DNA of 64,000 nt from Mytilus californianus (GCF_021869535.1 NW_026262690.1:115072001-115136000); one strand, 5' to 3'; positions 1 through 11,800 are shown, numbered from the stretch's first letter. Translations and numbers: made by a program. Notes: generated by a model from the letters alone, not told the origin.

Positions 1-820
1 CTCTCTAAAATCAAGAAATTTCTAAATATTGATTCAAGAAAATTGTTTTATAATGGCTATATTCTCCCACTGATAGATTATTGTTGTATTATTTGGAGTG
101 GTTGTGCTAAAAATGAGCTAGTCAGAATAATAAAATTGCAGAAAAGGGCTGCAAGACTTATTTTAGATGCTGATCCACTTTCATCATCAGCTCCACTGTT
201 TAAACAGCTTGGGTGGATGACAGTAGAGAACAGAATCTCATACCACAAATCTGTTTTGATGCAGAAATGCCTTAAGAACGAAGCCCCTGTATATCTCACT
301 GAAAAATTTAAAGAAATGCCAGAAATAAACCAATATTGTTTGAGGAATGTGTCTTGCAAAAATTTACAAGTTCCAAAAGCCAAAACAGAGCTGTATAAGA
401 AATCGTTTATATATTCAGGATCTATTTTATGGAATAATTTACCAACATCTCTGAAAAAATCAACCTCAAGTACAAGCTCATTCAAAAAAAAAGATTTAAA
501 AAATTACTTGTTGGAACATTAGGAAGCTGTGTAATTTTTATATGTATAATAATTTTCACACACTTACTCAAGATATTGTTGAGGTAATTTGAATGATGCC
601 AATACTATATGAATTTGTAATTTTTACCTGTTTTGAAAATTGTATATTTCATAACAATTTTTTATTTCATTTTTTCATATATGTGTGTTTGTTTGATATT
701 TTGTAATTGTTTGTTATATTTCATTGTATTTCATGAGGGCCGCAGGGAAGATTAGTTTTATAGCTAACTGTGTAACCCTCTTTAAATAAAGGATTATTAT
801 TATATTATTATTATTATTAT
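1..820 (+). mobile_element. 3' end of a CR1/L2-clade LINE: C-terminal RT-associated ORF2 segment (to 522), 3' UTR and (ATT)n tail
   Basis: The frame is open from the window edge and reads ...LFYNGYILPLIDYCCIIWSGC...LQKRAARLIL...LFKQLGW...SFIYSGSILWNNLP, typical of the LINE ORF2 C-terminus. It is followed by GAGGGCCGCAGGGAAGATTAG...CTAACTGTGTAACCCTC, AATAAA and an ATT-repeat tail at ~793-820. Confidence 0.85.
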
Positions 821-988
821 TAATCTAGACCTACATCTCTGATCATATAAAAATAGATTGCACAAGGAAATTAAATATTTAATCCATCATATACATTTTT
901 GTTTATAACATTCACGGTGACCAGTTAAAAACTTAGAGAGTGTTCAATTTGAACATTAGTAAACTACTGTTGCCTTAAATTCAGCATA

Positions 989-2704
989 ATGGCATTTTCA
1001 AATTCGCATTGTAGAGGACAAATTCCCTTATCTTGTCAGCTGTGTGAAGAATCAAATCAGATCAAATGGAAATGTCTACAATGTGACTTTCTGCTGTGTA
1101 CAAAATGTCAAAAACTTCATAACAAAGTGAAATCTAACGACCAACATACCATTATTGATATCAAAGACATCGCTTCGCAGCAAGCCAAGGATAACAAAGA
1201 TTTCAGTAACTTTCCATGTGAAATTCATAGTGGACAAAACTATTGCTTCTTTTGTCAGACCTGTGATGAAGTTGTCTGCCCTTTGTGTATTGCTAAAACT
1301 CATACCAAACACAAGATGATTGAATTAGCTGAAGGATATAAATTAACTCTCAAGAAAATAAAAACTTTTAGTTCTGAGCTTGTTATGAAATTATCAAATT
1401 ATGAAAAAGGAAGATCTACCCTGTCTTCATTCAAATCTTCAGAGGACTTCAAATATGAAATAGAGAAGCAAATAATTATGAGTCGAGAAAAAGTTTTAAA
1501 AGATGAGGTTGAAATGCACACAAAAAAACTTCTTAAAGAACTTGATCAGAGATGGGATCTTCTAAAGCAATCAGTAAATGATGCAGATAATATATCACAG
1601 AAGATAAACAAAGATTTAGAATTTCGAACTGAAAGTTTAACCAATGCCCTAGCTTCTGTCAAAACTTTTGATGTTTTCCAAGCGTACAAAGAGGAGAAAG
1701 CAGCCAGAAATCAAAGTATAGAACCAGTCAATGCTCGTTTTAAAAGATTGCCACAATATGTTCCAGGAAAATTGCAGATTCAACAGGCACAACATGGAGA
1801 ACTAACAGAGTCTGATGATGATTACCAGTATGCACTCGACCAATATGAACCTAAAGTGATAAAACAGTATAAAACTGGACTGAAAAGCATTGCACAGATT
1901 GTTTGCTGTGAAGATGATGGAACATTGTGGATGAGGGATAATAACACTAAAAAAATACAGAAAATGAAATTTTCAAATGGACTGGTACATATTGTTCAGC
2001 GGTTACAGTTTGTTACAGCTGGCATGGCATTATCACTACAAGGAGACTTACTTTTCTCTATTGCAGAACCTAATCTTACACTTCTCTCTCATAACACTGG
2101 AGAAATGATAGAATCAAAATATAGTGTAGCACCCTTAATAACTGGTCCCATCCATATAACCAAGGAAGATAAGATCATAATCAGAGCCGGAAAGAAAGGA
2201 CCTCTCTTCCCGGTCAATGGACCAAGAAAAGTGATTGTGATGGATAAAGATGGAACAACAGAAAAGGTTTATGATCTAGACAATAATGGAAAACCTATAT
2301 TTTCTGCTCCACAAAGAATAACAACAGACAGTGACAATAACATTTATGTCCTAGATTGTCTCAATAAAGACTGGAGTGGCAAGATAGTGGCATTAGATAA
2401 AACCAATGGAGTGAGATGGATATATAGTGGTAATCCAGATATCAACAATGCATTTAAACCTAGAGATTTAGTGGCTACAAATTTAAACAATATCATAATT
2501 ACAGACAAAGATCATCACATGATTCATATCCTGAACACTTCAGGAGAGTGTATTCATTACCTGAATACAAGGGACCAATTAAGTATTGTGTTACCATACT
2601 CTGTAGACATTGACAATACAGGCACACTGTACATAGGATGTTTTACACGTCATGGCGAACCTAATGAAGCCAAAATATATACTGTTCAGATTTCAGGATT
2701 TTAA
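989..2704 (+). CDS. Intronless RING-less TRIM-like protein (2 B-boxes, coiled coil, NHL/beta-propeller-like C-terminus), 571 aa
   Basis: Single ORF. B-box1 CQLCEE...KCLQCDFLLCTKCQKLH; B-box2 CEIH...CFFCQTCDEVVCPLCIAKTH; Lys/Glu-rich helical middle; repeats such as PQRITTDSDNNIYVLD, PRDLVATNLNNIIITD and PYSVDIDNTGTLYIG. Confidence 0.9.
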   Translation: MAFSNSHCRGQIPLSCQLCEESNQIKWKCLQCDFLLCTKCQKLHNKVKSNDQHTIIDIKDIASQQAKDNKDFSNFPCEIHSGQNYCFFCQTCDEVVCPLCIAKTHTKHKMIELAEGYKLTLKKIKTFSSELVMKLSNYEKGRSTLSSFKSSEDFKYEIEKQIIMSREKVLKDEVEMHTKKLLKELDQRWDLLKQSVNDADNISQKINKDLEFRTESLTNALASVKTFDVFQAYKEEKAARNQSIEPVNARFKRLPQYVPGKLQIQQAQHGELTESDDDYQYALDQYEPKVIKQYKTGLKSIAQIVCCEDDGTLWMRDNNTKKIQKMKFSNGLVHIVQRLQFVTAGMALSLQGDLLFSIAEPNLTLLSHNTGEMIESKYSVAPLITGPIHITKEDKIIIRAGKKGPLFPVNGPRKVIVMDKDGTTEKVYDLDNNGKPIFSAPQRITTDSDNNIYVLDCLNKDWSGKIVALDKTNGVRWIYSGNPDINNAFKPRDLVATNLNNIIITDKDHHMIHILNTSGECIHYLNTRDQLSIVLPYSVDIDNTGTLYIGCFTRHGEPNEAKIYTVQISGF

Positions 2705-4149
2705 AGTGTTCATTCTAATTATTCATCAGTCAATTTCAAACTGATTCAAAATATGCTTCAATTAAAACTTCAAATTAAATTACTTTGATTATTAGTTTTA
2801 AATATTCTGTTTTGCAAATTGCAACAAGAACGTACCATGAATGATGATAATTGGTTTGCAGGTTATTTTTTTTTAGAAATGCAAATTGTGAAATGCCTTA
2901 TAAAATGGATTCTCCATGGAATTAACTCGTAAATAATCAGAACTACATATTTTTTTTACTAAAGCATTGTAATTTTTATTTCTGAATTTCACTAGAACCT
3001 TATTATTATTATATCATTATTGATATTATTATTAAAACAGCCATGTTGTCTACTGTTCAAACCATACTGAATTAAACATTGATTCAAATTACAGGAGTGA
3101 GTTTTCCCAGGAAAATGTTTTTCGTATTCCAAAGTCCTTTATAAAATGGCAAAATCAAAAGCTCAAACACATCTAACGAATGGAAAACGACTGTCATATT
3201 CCTGACTTGGTACAGGCATTACCTTATGTAAAATTTGTGTGTTTTTTTAAGACAATAACATAACTTTGAGATACTTTGGGTTTTGTCATGTGCATATTGG
3301 GAGTTTATGTCATGAATTTATACATAATATTCAGAATTAACACACAATACCATTCTTTTACATTATATATAAAAAAAAATTTAAGCGATAATGTATTTTA
3401 AAGCTCCTACAGTGAACTAACCTCCTTTGTCAGGCACTATTTGTATGCTTTAATTCTAATATTTCTGTCCAGAGCCCTACCAACAAGTTATTAGTGAAGC
3501 CCCTTCACATGATATTAATGAAGTACAGTAGACTCTGGCAAATCGGATACCCAAAATGTCAGCTAAAAATATCCCATTATCCAGTATTTTCAATTAGACG
3601 ATAAATGTATATTCATTGAATATTCTGCAATAATGAGTAGACCTAAAACTGAGATGTTACTTACCCTGACCATTGCTATATATGTGAAAGGGCTGGAGTG
3701 ATTTTTATCAGTTACATCACCACGATGTTTGTATAAAAAATTACCAACAAAAGGGGTTGTTAAAATATTAGAAATAGCTCTCTCCACGATATAGCCTTTT
3801 TGTGCTGATGCAGCATAAAGCAATCACCAATCAATCAATCAACAAATAAGACGATTATTTGTTTCCTATTGCTACTTTTCCTTTTTTTATTGTGATGATT
3901 CGTTGACCCCTTCTGATAGTAGAATAGAGAATGAAAACTGGGATATGTTAATAGATAACAACATGACCAAAGAGCAGAAAACAGCCCGAGGCCACCAATG
4001 GTCATTCAGATCTCGCACCTGGAGGTGTCCTTCAGCTGGCCCTTACCCAGACATGTAAACTAGTTCAGCGAAATGGACACCACACTAAACCCCGGAAACA
4101 TACAAATAAACCAAAACTTCAATGGAAGCAATAGAAAACTGTGTGCAGA

Positions 4150-4630
4150 GAAACTTTGATATGGGAAAATAGAAATTGCTAATGGACAACCCAGCATGCT
4201 CACATACCCCATGCCCCCTCATTGTCACTGGGCAATCAAAATATTACCAAATTCCTTAAGTTTAAAGACTCATAACTGCTACAAAAGTCAACTGATAAAA
4301 AAATCTGATGGATATGCACATCAACATAGTATGTCCTAATTATCTTCAAAGTTTAATGAAATTCTGTTGTGTGAATTCAGAGGAGTTGTGATGACAAACT
4401 GTTGCAGTAGTATATTAAGGCCAAAATTCTATGTTCAAAATGGGCATAACTTGTAAGAAAAAAAATTAATCAAAATTTCCTGTCGATATGCACATTTACA
4501 TAGTATGTTTTTGTTATCTACAAATATTCTTCAAATTCTGTTGTGTGGTTTCAGAGGAGTTACAATGACAAGAACTGGACTGACTGACAGATGGACGGGT
4601 CAAAAACATTATACCCTACTGAACTTCGTA
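4150..4630 (+). repeat. HINE-like interspersed repeat with internal ~160 bp duplication
   Basis: Duplicated unit (GATATGCACAT...CATAGTATG...AAATTCTGTTGTGTG...TCAGAGGAGTT), a GACT/GACA microsatellite and an A-rich end. Boundaries are approximate. Confidence 0.55.
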
Positions 4631-5127
4631 AAAAAAAAATACAAATGGGTAGAACAAAAACAATCTAGTTTAGTTGTTACAAGAACTGTTGCATTGTCTT
4701 TTCCCTATAACCATATGTCCATGTTTTGCAATAGAAAACCCAAAAACAAAACAAAAATATAAAAATAAGATATGCACAACTATTTATGACGTGCAAAGAA
4801 GTACAATCTATCTTCATTTTAACTGTAGATTTTGTACAGAAATACCTACTCATATATAGAGTTTTACTTTGAGAAATTCAAACAATCCTTTCTATTCTGA
4901 AAAAGATTTTCTGCATTAGCTAACTATACAGTGGGTTTTTCTCACTGCTGAAGGCAAACATGTATGGTGACCTGAAATTGCTTATATCCACGTCATTTTA
5001 ACTCTGGTGGATAGTTGTCTTTATTTTATGGCAATCTTACCACATCTCCTTATTTTTTTATTCCCATATATATTGAAATGGCAAAGTTATTGTTATTCAA
5101 CAATTTGCAGGCAACTATAAAGTACAA

Positions 5128-6897
5128 TTAAATGCTTCGCTAAACGCAGCCTGATGCGACCGCAGAGGTCGCACCCTGAACAGTTGGGGCAAGTTTGGAC
5201 ACAATATTCAAGCTTGATATTGTCTGAATTTGGATTGTGATCAAATTTTTTAACATAATATAGGTTTCTGACACAAAATAAATGTGGTCAAAGATCTTAA
5301 AAATTTGAAATGGGACATTTAATTTACCTAGTATGGTCTGATATCCAAAATCTAACAACATCGTTAGATTCAGCATATAAAAAAAATCACAAAAAATTTA
5401 ATTTTAGTTGAAATCAAACAAAGTTTAATTTTGGACCCTTCAAACCTTAATATGGACTAATTTGAAAACAGGGCCCAACATAAATAAACTGTTAACACAG
5501 AGATATGTCTCACCTATTTGTTATTTTGATAATGCAAATGTTGAAATTAAAATAGCAACTTTAACATGTTAGTTATGTAAATATTCAAAGTCAATGAACC
5601 ATGACTGAAGGTACAGGGCTAAACAATCTCCATGGAAATGATATGTGTCAATGCTAATACAACTGCAAACCAAATACTATTGACTTTTCATAAGTCGTTC
5701 CCTTTAAACAAACCTAAACATAAACATTTACTTGTAAACTATATGTAAAAGTTTCAAAGTCAATGAACCATAATAAGGGGGTGAGGTTATATAATCTCCA
5801 TGGAAATGAAACTTGCAAATGCCAATACATTTGCATACCGAATATCATTGACTTAACATAAGTGGTTCATCTTAAACTGACCTAATCACTAACTAATACA
5901 TGTAAACTAAGCAAAAGTTTCAAAGTCAATAGACCATGACTGAGGGGTAAGGACCAAATATTCTCCATGGAAATGAGATGTGCTAAAAAAAATAATGCTT
6001 ATACAACTGCATACCAATTATCATTGACCTACCACTAACAGTTCCCCTTAAATTGACCTAATCACAAACTAATACATGAAAACTAAGCAAAAGTTTCAAA
6101 GTCAATAGACCATGAATGAGGGGGCGGGGCCAAATAATCTCCATGGAAATGAGATATTCCAATGCTTATACAACTGCATACCAAATATCATTGACCTACT
6201 ACTAGTGGTTCCTCATAAACTGACCTAATCACAAACTAATACATGTAAACAAGGCAAAGTTTCAAAGTCAATAGACCTTGACTGAGGGGGCGGGGCCAAA
6301 TAATCTCCATGGTAATGAGATGTGCCAATGCTTATACAACTGCATACCTAATATCATTGACCTACCACTAGTGGTTCAACATGAACTAAACCTAATCACA
6401 AACTAATACATTGTTGACGCCGCCGCCGGAAACAGCATCCTATGTATCGCTTTTTGACTCTGTCAAGGCGAGACAAAAATCTAAATGCACATTAAGATTC
6501 AGTATATCATAGAGCCACTATAATTCAGTTTTTGATGAAATCAAACAAAGTTTAATATTGGACCCTTTGGACATCAATGTAGACCCAATTTAAAAATGGG
6601 GCCCAATATCAGAGAGATCCATACACTTACACACATGTTATTGTCCGGAAACTACAAAAATGCTTGTTTTTGACCCCTAATTCCTAAACTGTTGGTATCA
6701 TAACCCCCAAAATCACTCCCAACCTTCCTTTTGTTGTATTGAACCTTCTGGTAAAATTTCACAGAGATCCATTCACTTAAATTAAAGTGATTGTCCAGAA
6801 ACCAAATGTGTCTTGGGAATACCACATTGATGATGCTGGCGACACAGACAACATGATAGCATTATACAAACGCAAATTTTTTGCGGTCGTATAAAAA
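5128..6897 (+). mobile_element. HINE-like element interrupted by a second HINE-like element (~5481-6478) carrying ~4-5 tandem ~178 bp units
   Basis: The outer element starts GCAGCCTGATGCGACCGCAGAGGTCGCACCCTGAACAGTTGGGGC (reverse copies at ~53400-53460 and ~60000-60060) and ends in the hairpin ATACAAACGCAAATTTTTTGCGGTCGTATAAAA. The inner units share AAGTCAATAGACCATGACTGAGGGG...TCTCCATGGAAATGAGAT. Confidence 0.65.
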
Positions 6898-7222
6898 TAT
6901 AACATCACAGAAAAAGCTTAAAATACAAGGTCTGACAAAATTTTCAAGCTTGTTTTATTGAGGGTATCTGTAAAGTGAATTCTTGATACATCCACTGATA
7001 AAAAGCAAAGGTTTGCACAGATAAAATATGCATGGACTATAAATTATATAATGATACAAATTATATCCATTACTATATACATTTTTATTTGTTTTATCAG
7101 TTACATGTAAACAGAGATCAGGATAGATATCTGTTATTTTGAAATGTAAATAATCAATAGCACTTCAATAATCACATGATATTCTATTTTAACATTCACA
7201 CTGTTCCAACAAATTCATCATC

Positions 7223-7294
7223 ATGGCTTTATCCAAATCTCTTCAGAAAGGACAAATTCCAATGGCCTGCCAAATGTGTGAGGAATATAATTGA
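7223..7294 (+). pseudogene. Truncated 5' stub of a third TRIM-like paralogue
   Basis: Reads MALSKSLQKGQIPMACQMCEEYN*, matching the N-termini of both full genes; similarity ends abruptly. Confidence 0.75.
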
Positions 7295-7503
7295 AAAATT
7301 TACAGTAAAATTTAAGGTCCAATATAACCCCAAATCATACCTTCTCTTCTGTATAAATTTAAATGTCTAAATCAATACACTGTGAGAATGACCTTAACCT
7401 AAATCTGTGATCAATTTCATATTGTACACTTCAAATATTATATAAACTAATTATTTTTGATACAACGTTCATGGCGACCACCTGTTAAAGTGTGTTCAGC
7501 ATA

Positions 7504-9216
7504 ATGGCATTATCTAAATCTTTCCAGAAGGGACAAATACCTATATGTTGTCAGTTGTGTGAAGAATCAAGTGAGATCAAATGGAAATGTTTACTGTGTG
7601 ACTTTCTCTTGTGTACAAAATGTCAGAAACTTCATAAAAAGGTTAAATCTACCGACCAACATACTATTATCGATATTAAAGACATTGCTGTATATCAGCA
7701 ACAAATCAAGGATAATCCTGATTTCAGTAGCATTCCATGTGAAATTCATAGTGGACAAAACTGTTGTTTATTCTGTCAGACCTGTGATGAAGTTGTCTGC
7801 CCTCTGTGTATTGCTAAAACTCACAATAAACACAACATGATTGAATTAGCGGAAGGATATAAAATAACTCTCAAGACAATAAAAACTTTTAATTCTGAGC
7901 TTGAAGTGAAATTAACAGACTATGTAAAAGGAATAACTAAACTGCATTCCCTCAAATCTTTTGAAGACGCTAAATATGAGACAGAAAAGCAAAAGATTCT
8001 GAGTCGAGAAAAAGTCTTGACGGAAGAAGTTGAAAAACATACAAAAAAAATTTTGAAAGAACTTGATAAGAGAAAGGAAGATGTGAATAAATCAATAAAT
8101 GATGAAGAAGATAAATCACACAAGATAAAAGAAGATCTAGAATTCCGAAAAGGAGGCTTAACAAAAGCCCAAGTTTCTGTCAATGCTTGTGAAGTTTTCA
8201 GTGCATTAAAAGAGGAAAAAACAGCAAGGAAACAAATTGTAGAACCAGCCAATACGTATGTTCAAAGACTGCCCCAATATATACCAGGAAAAATGAAGAT
8301 CCAAGAGGCACTACATGGAGAACTAACTGAGCCTGATGATGATTATGCACAGGTACAATATGGAGCTAAAGTTATAAAACAGTATAAAACTGGACTAAAA
8401 CTTGTAGAACGTTTGGTTTGCAGTAATGATGGAACATTGTGGATAGGTTATACTGAAGACAATATCATACAGAAAATAGAACTTTCAAATGGAATATTAA
8501 ATATTGTACAGGAGATACAGGTAAATTGTGCTGGTATGGCATTATTACCATCAGGAGACTTACTTATATCTACTGCAGAGTCAAATCTTAAAATACTTTC
8601 TCATACCACTGGAAAAATAACCAATTCAAAGTATACTGTAGAACCCTTAATAACTGGAGAAGTCCATATGATCCGGGATGAAAAGATTGTAATCAGAGCA
8701 AGAAAAGAAGGACCTGTCTTCCCTGTTAAAGGTCCAAGACAAGTGGTTTTGATGGATATAGATGGAAGAATAGAGAAGGTGTATGATTTAGACAACAATG
8801 GAAAACCTCTCTTTTCTGCTCCACAAAGAATAACATCAGACAACGACAATAACATTTATGTACTGGATACTCTTACTAAAGAGTGGAATGGTAGGATAGT
8901 GGCTTTAGATAAAACCAACAGAGTAAGATGGATATTTCGTGGAAGTCCAAATGTCATCAAAGAAAATACATTCAAACCACGAGATTTAATTAGTACACAA
9001 TTAACCAATATTATCATTACAGATATGGATAGCGACATTATTCATATTGTCAACACTTCAGGACAGTGTATTCATTACATGAATACTAAGGATGAGTTAG
9101 GTATTGTGTTACCATACGCTGTAGACATTGAAAATACAGGAACACTGTACATTGGTTGCAATTCATGTAAACCGAATGGAACCAATTTATATACTGTTCA
9201 GTTTTCAGGATTCTGA
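7504..9216 (+). CDS. Intronless RING-less TRIM-like protein, tandem paralogue of 989-2704, 570 aa
   Basis: The ATG at 7504 has the same TTCAGCATAATGGCATT context as gene 1 (the ORF track starts at an upstream GTG). It has the same B-box1/B-box2/coiled-coil/propeller order and ends in the similar YTVQFSGF*. Confidence 0.9.
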   Translation: MALSKSFQKGQIPICCQLCEESSEIKWKCLLCDFLLCTKCQKLHKKVKSTDQHTIIDIKDIAVYQQQIKDNPDFSSIPCEIHSGQNCCLFCQTCDEVVCPLCIAKTHNKHNMIELAEGYKITLKTIKTFNSELEVKLTDYVKGITKLHSLKSFEDAKYETEKQKILSREKVLTEEVEKHTKKILKELDKRKEDVNKSINDEEDKSHKIKEDLEFRKGGLTKAQVSVNACEVFSALKEEKTARKQIVEPANTYVQRLPQYIPGKMKIQEALHGELTEPDDDYAQVQYGAKVIKQYKTGLKLVERLVCSNDGTLWIGYTEDNIIQKIELSNGILNIVQEIQVNCAGMALLPSGDLLISTAESNLKILSHTTGKITNSKYTVEPLITGEVHMIRDEKIVIRARKEGPVFPVKGPRQVVLMDIDGRIEKVYDLDNNGKPLFSAPQRITSDNDNNIYVLDTLTKEWNGRIVALDKTNRVRWIFRGSPNVIKENTFKPRDLISTQLTNIIITDMDSDIIHIVNTSGQCIHYMNTKDELGIVLPYAVDIENTGTLYIGCNSCKPNGTNLYTVQFSGF

Positions 9217-9262
9217 ACTACTGATTCTTATTTTCACATTTCAGTTTTAAACTGTTTTGAAA

Positions 9263-9408
9263 TACTGGAAATTCAGAAATTATTGCGTGCACTTATTATT
9301 GCGATTTTTTCATTTTAGACTAAAATGCGATTTTAATTTTTGTGATATTAACCCTGTTGCATTTTTCGCAATAATAAAAACATCGCAATAATTTCTGAAT
9401 TTACAGTA
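9263..9408. mobile_element. TA-flanked MITE (Tc1/mariner/pogo-type non-autonomous)
   Basis: TIRs TACTGGAAATTCAGAAATTATTGCG / CGCAATAATTTCTGAATTTACAGTA. Confidence 0.8.
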
Positions 9409-9832
9409 CATATTAATTCAATATTTCAAATAAAATGTCTTTGTTTAAAGAACAAGTATTTGACATATTTTTTTGGCAAATTGCAACAACAAGAATCATT
9501 TTGATAATCAATTTGCATATTATGTTTTTCTTTTAGAAATGCAATTTACGTTGAGAAATTAACTGCCCTATGCAATGGATTATTCATGTGTTAAGATTGT
9601 CAAAATCATTATCAGTCATTCAAGATTGCATCATTTTTGCTGATACATAGTATTCTAATGCAACATTGTTTGTAACGTTCATTTTGATTGGATAATGTCA
9701 CCAATTTTCATGACATCAATTCACAATTGATGCTATGAAAACATACGCGCAAGCGCAGACGACATATCACAAATTTTGAATGTATGATTTGACGTTGTTT
9801 TCTGTCAGTTTCATTAGAATGGAGATAACAAT

Positions 9833-9975
9833 ATTGTATTTTAAGCTCCGACGGCATCAATTGGGGATTTGATGGTCGCAAATACCTGTTTACTGGCTCC
9901 GCTAACGCGTCGCCAGTAAACTTAATTTCCAACCATCAAATCCCCAATTGATGCCGTCGGAGCTTAGAATACAAT
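9833..9975. mobile_element. Foldback (hairpin) MITE-like element
   Basis: 43 bp arms at 9833-9875 and 9933-9975 are inverted with one mismatch; an internal hairpin TTTACTGGC...GCCAGTAAA lies between them. Confidence 0.75.
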
Positions 9976-10249
9976 ACAGTTACCTCCTAATTTCTCCATA
10001 TCACCCACACCTTTTTATTATTATACAGCCATATATTCTAATGTGTAAAATATTTGATAGGGTTTTGGGGATAAATCCATCATTTCAAAACTGATTCTAT
10101 CAGACTATGCTTGTTCAATTTAAAAACAAATCCCTCGATCTTATTCTGATATACTGCTTTGGTGGTTTCATAGAAGCATGTTAAAAAGCTTAGGGAGTCG
10201 GTCTAGTACATAACAGGTTTAATATTCATAAATATGAATTGGTCCTGAA

Positions 10250-10891
10250 GAAAGGCGAGCGATATTTTTGTGGTAATAAGCATTTCGTATAAGTTTCATA
10301 ACATTTGATTGAGGCAAACTAAAGTTAGAAAAGGGAAACAAAAAAATTCAGCAATTTTTCCATTTGTAAAGGGGCATAACTCTAGAACGGTTAAAGTGAC
10401 GCCACCAAAATTCCAAACTTGATCTGTGTTTCGTGGTAATAAGCATTTCATATAAGTTTCATAACATTTGGTTGAGGCAAACTAAAGTTAGAAAACGGAA
10501 ACTAAATTCAGATATTTTTCCATTTGTAAAGGGGCATAACTCTAGAACGGTTAAAGTGACACCACCAAAATTCAAATTTGATCTGTTTTTTGTGGTAATA
10601 AGCATTTCGTATAAGTTTCATAACATTTGGTTCAGGCAAACTAAAGTTAGAGAACGGAAACAAAATATTCAGCAATTTTTCCATTTGTAAAGGGGCATAA
10701 CTCTAGAACGGTTAAAGTGACGCCACCAAAATTCATACTTGATCTGTGTTTTGTGGTAATAAGCATTTTTTATAAGTTTCATAACATTTGGTTAAGGCAA
10801 ACTAAAGTTAGAGAACGGAAACCAACTTTGGGACGTACATACTTACATGGGTAAAACTTAATGCCCCCTCCGCTATGGCAGGGGCATAAAA
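10250..10891 (+). mobile_element. HINE-like element with three ~170 bp tandem units
   Basis: Unit GTGGTAATAAGCATT...GGCAAACTAAAGTTAGA...AAAGGGGCATAACTCTAGAACGGTTAAAGTGAC; terminal hairpin ATGCCCCCTCCGCTATGGCAGGGGCATAAAA. A reverse-orientation relative lies at ~43495-44262. Confidence 0.7.
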
Positions 10892-11340
10892 ATACGAGCT
10901 AATTGAACTAAAAATATGTTTTTTCCAAGTCAAATCTATTTACCATTTGAAGTCATGTTGAAATGCAAACACGAATTTGCAACTAAATCGGTGGCAACAT
11001 CGAAATAAGTAACCAGTATTTGGAAATACTTGGATGTCTTTTGCGTGATATAAACAAACTAGAAATAGTGCTGCTGCTTTTTTGTTTAAAAACGTGTGTG
11101 TGACATGTTAAAGGTAAGAAGTTTAATCTAGTTAAAAATTTGAATGAATAGGTTCAAAATTCAAATGAATGCTGTTTTGAGTGTTTTCACCATAAGCTTT
11201 TAAACAAAATGCAGTTAATTGTGTATGTAACGACATCATTAGTAGTCGTGTGGCTCATGAAAGTACAAACCCAGTGATAAGTCTAATCGGTATTTCATAT
11301 TTGAGGTAAAAAGGACTGAAACGTGGTTAAGACAATTGGA

Positions 11341-11800
11341 CCATATTCGTCGTCATCTGAGATACAGATATTCCATAACAGTCAACCAAATTGTAATGGC
11401 GTCCATAAAATTTTCAACTTCACCATTAGGAACTCTGGTTTAAAAGCTTCCTTGTGAGCAGCAACCCTCTATCAAGGAAATCATGATAGAAAACGCAAGC
11501 TCTGGAATATCGTATCAACAGGGAGATATATACTTCATGTGCAGGCGCTGCTGGAATTTTGGTACATAGAAATAGAAAGTACTCAATTGGGAAGCTAAAA
11601 TCATCTCTAGTTGTAAGGTTTAGTTCTCAACTGACCCTCATTGTCAATTTCTAGATGCAAGTTAAGATATGAGGCAGACCTAACTGCATCTGGTGTGTCC
11701 TTTATTTATAGTTCAATGGGATAGATCGATGTGTTCAGCATAGTCACCAAACTTTGAATTATTCACTGAGAGGACATCATCTATATCGAAGTTTCACCCC
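11341..11800 (-). mobile_element. Degenerate Penelope-like retroelement RT C-terminal fragment
   Basis: The minus strand, with frameshifts and stops, reads YIDDVLSVNNSKFGDY...DTPDAVRSASYLNLHLEIDNEGQLRTK...RDDFSFPI...IPAAPAHEVYISLLIRYSRACVFYHDFLDRGLLLTRKLLNQ, including the YIDD RT motif. Confidence 0.75.

Noticed and set aside
3590-3823. 77-aa minus-strand ORF with a good GTAAGT donor, tested as a missing GNPAT exon
   Set aside because: No resemblance to the GNPAT C-terminus, its 5' part lies in a (GATT)n-ended repeat, and no phase-compatible acceptor was found.
78-9038. Minus-strand and alternate-frame ORFs overlapping the LINE and TRIM-like genes (78-485, 1076-1312, 7559-7840, 7920-8252, 7970-8164, 8601-8855, 8856-9038)
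   Set aside because: Shadow ORFs of real coding sequence with no motifs of their own.
10433-10690. ORFs inside tandem arrays (also 44487-45109, 52105-52420, 53599-53811, 59143-59915)
   Set aside because: By-products of non-coding HINE repeat units; the peptides repeat with the DNA period.
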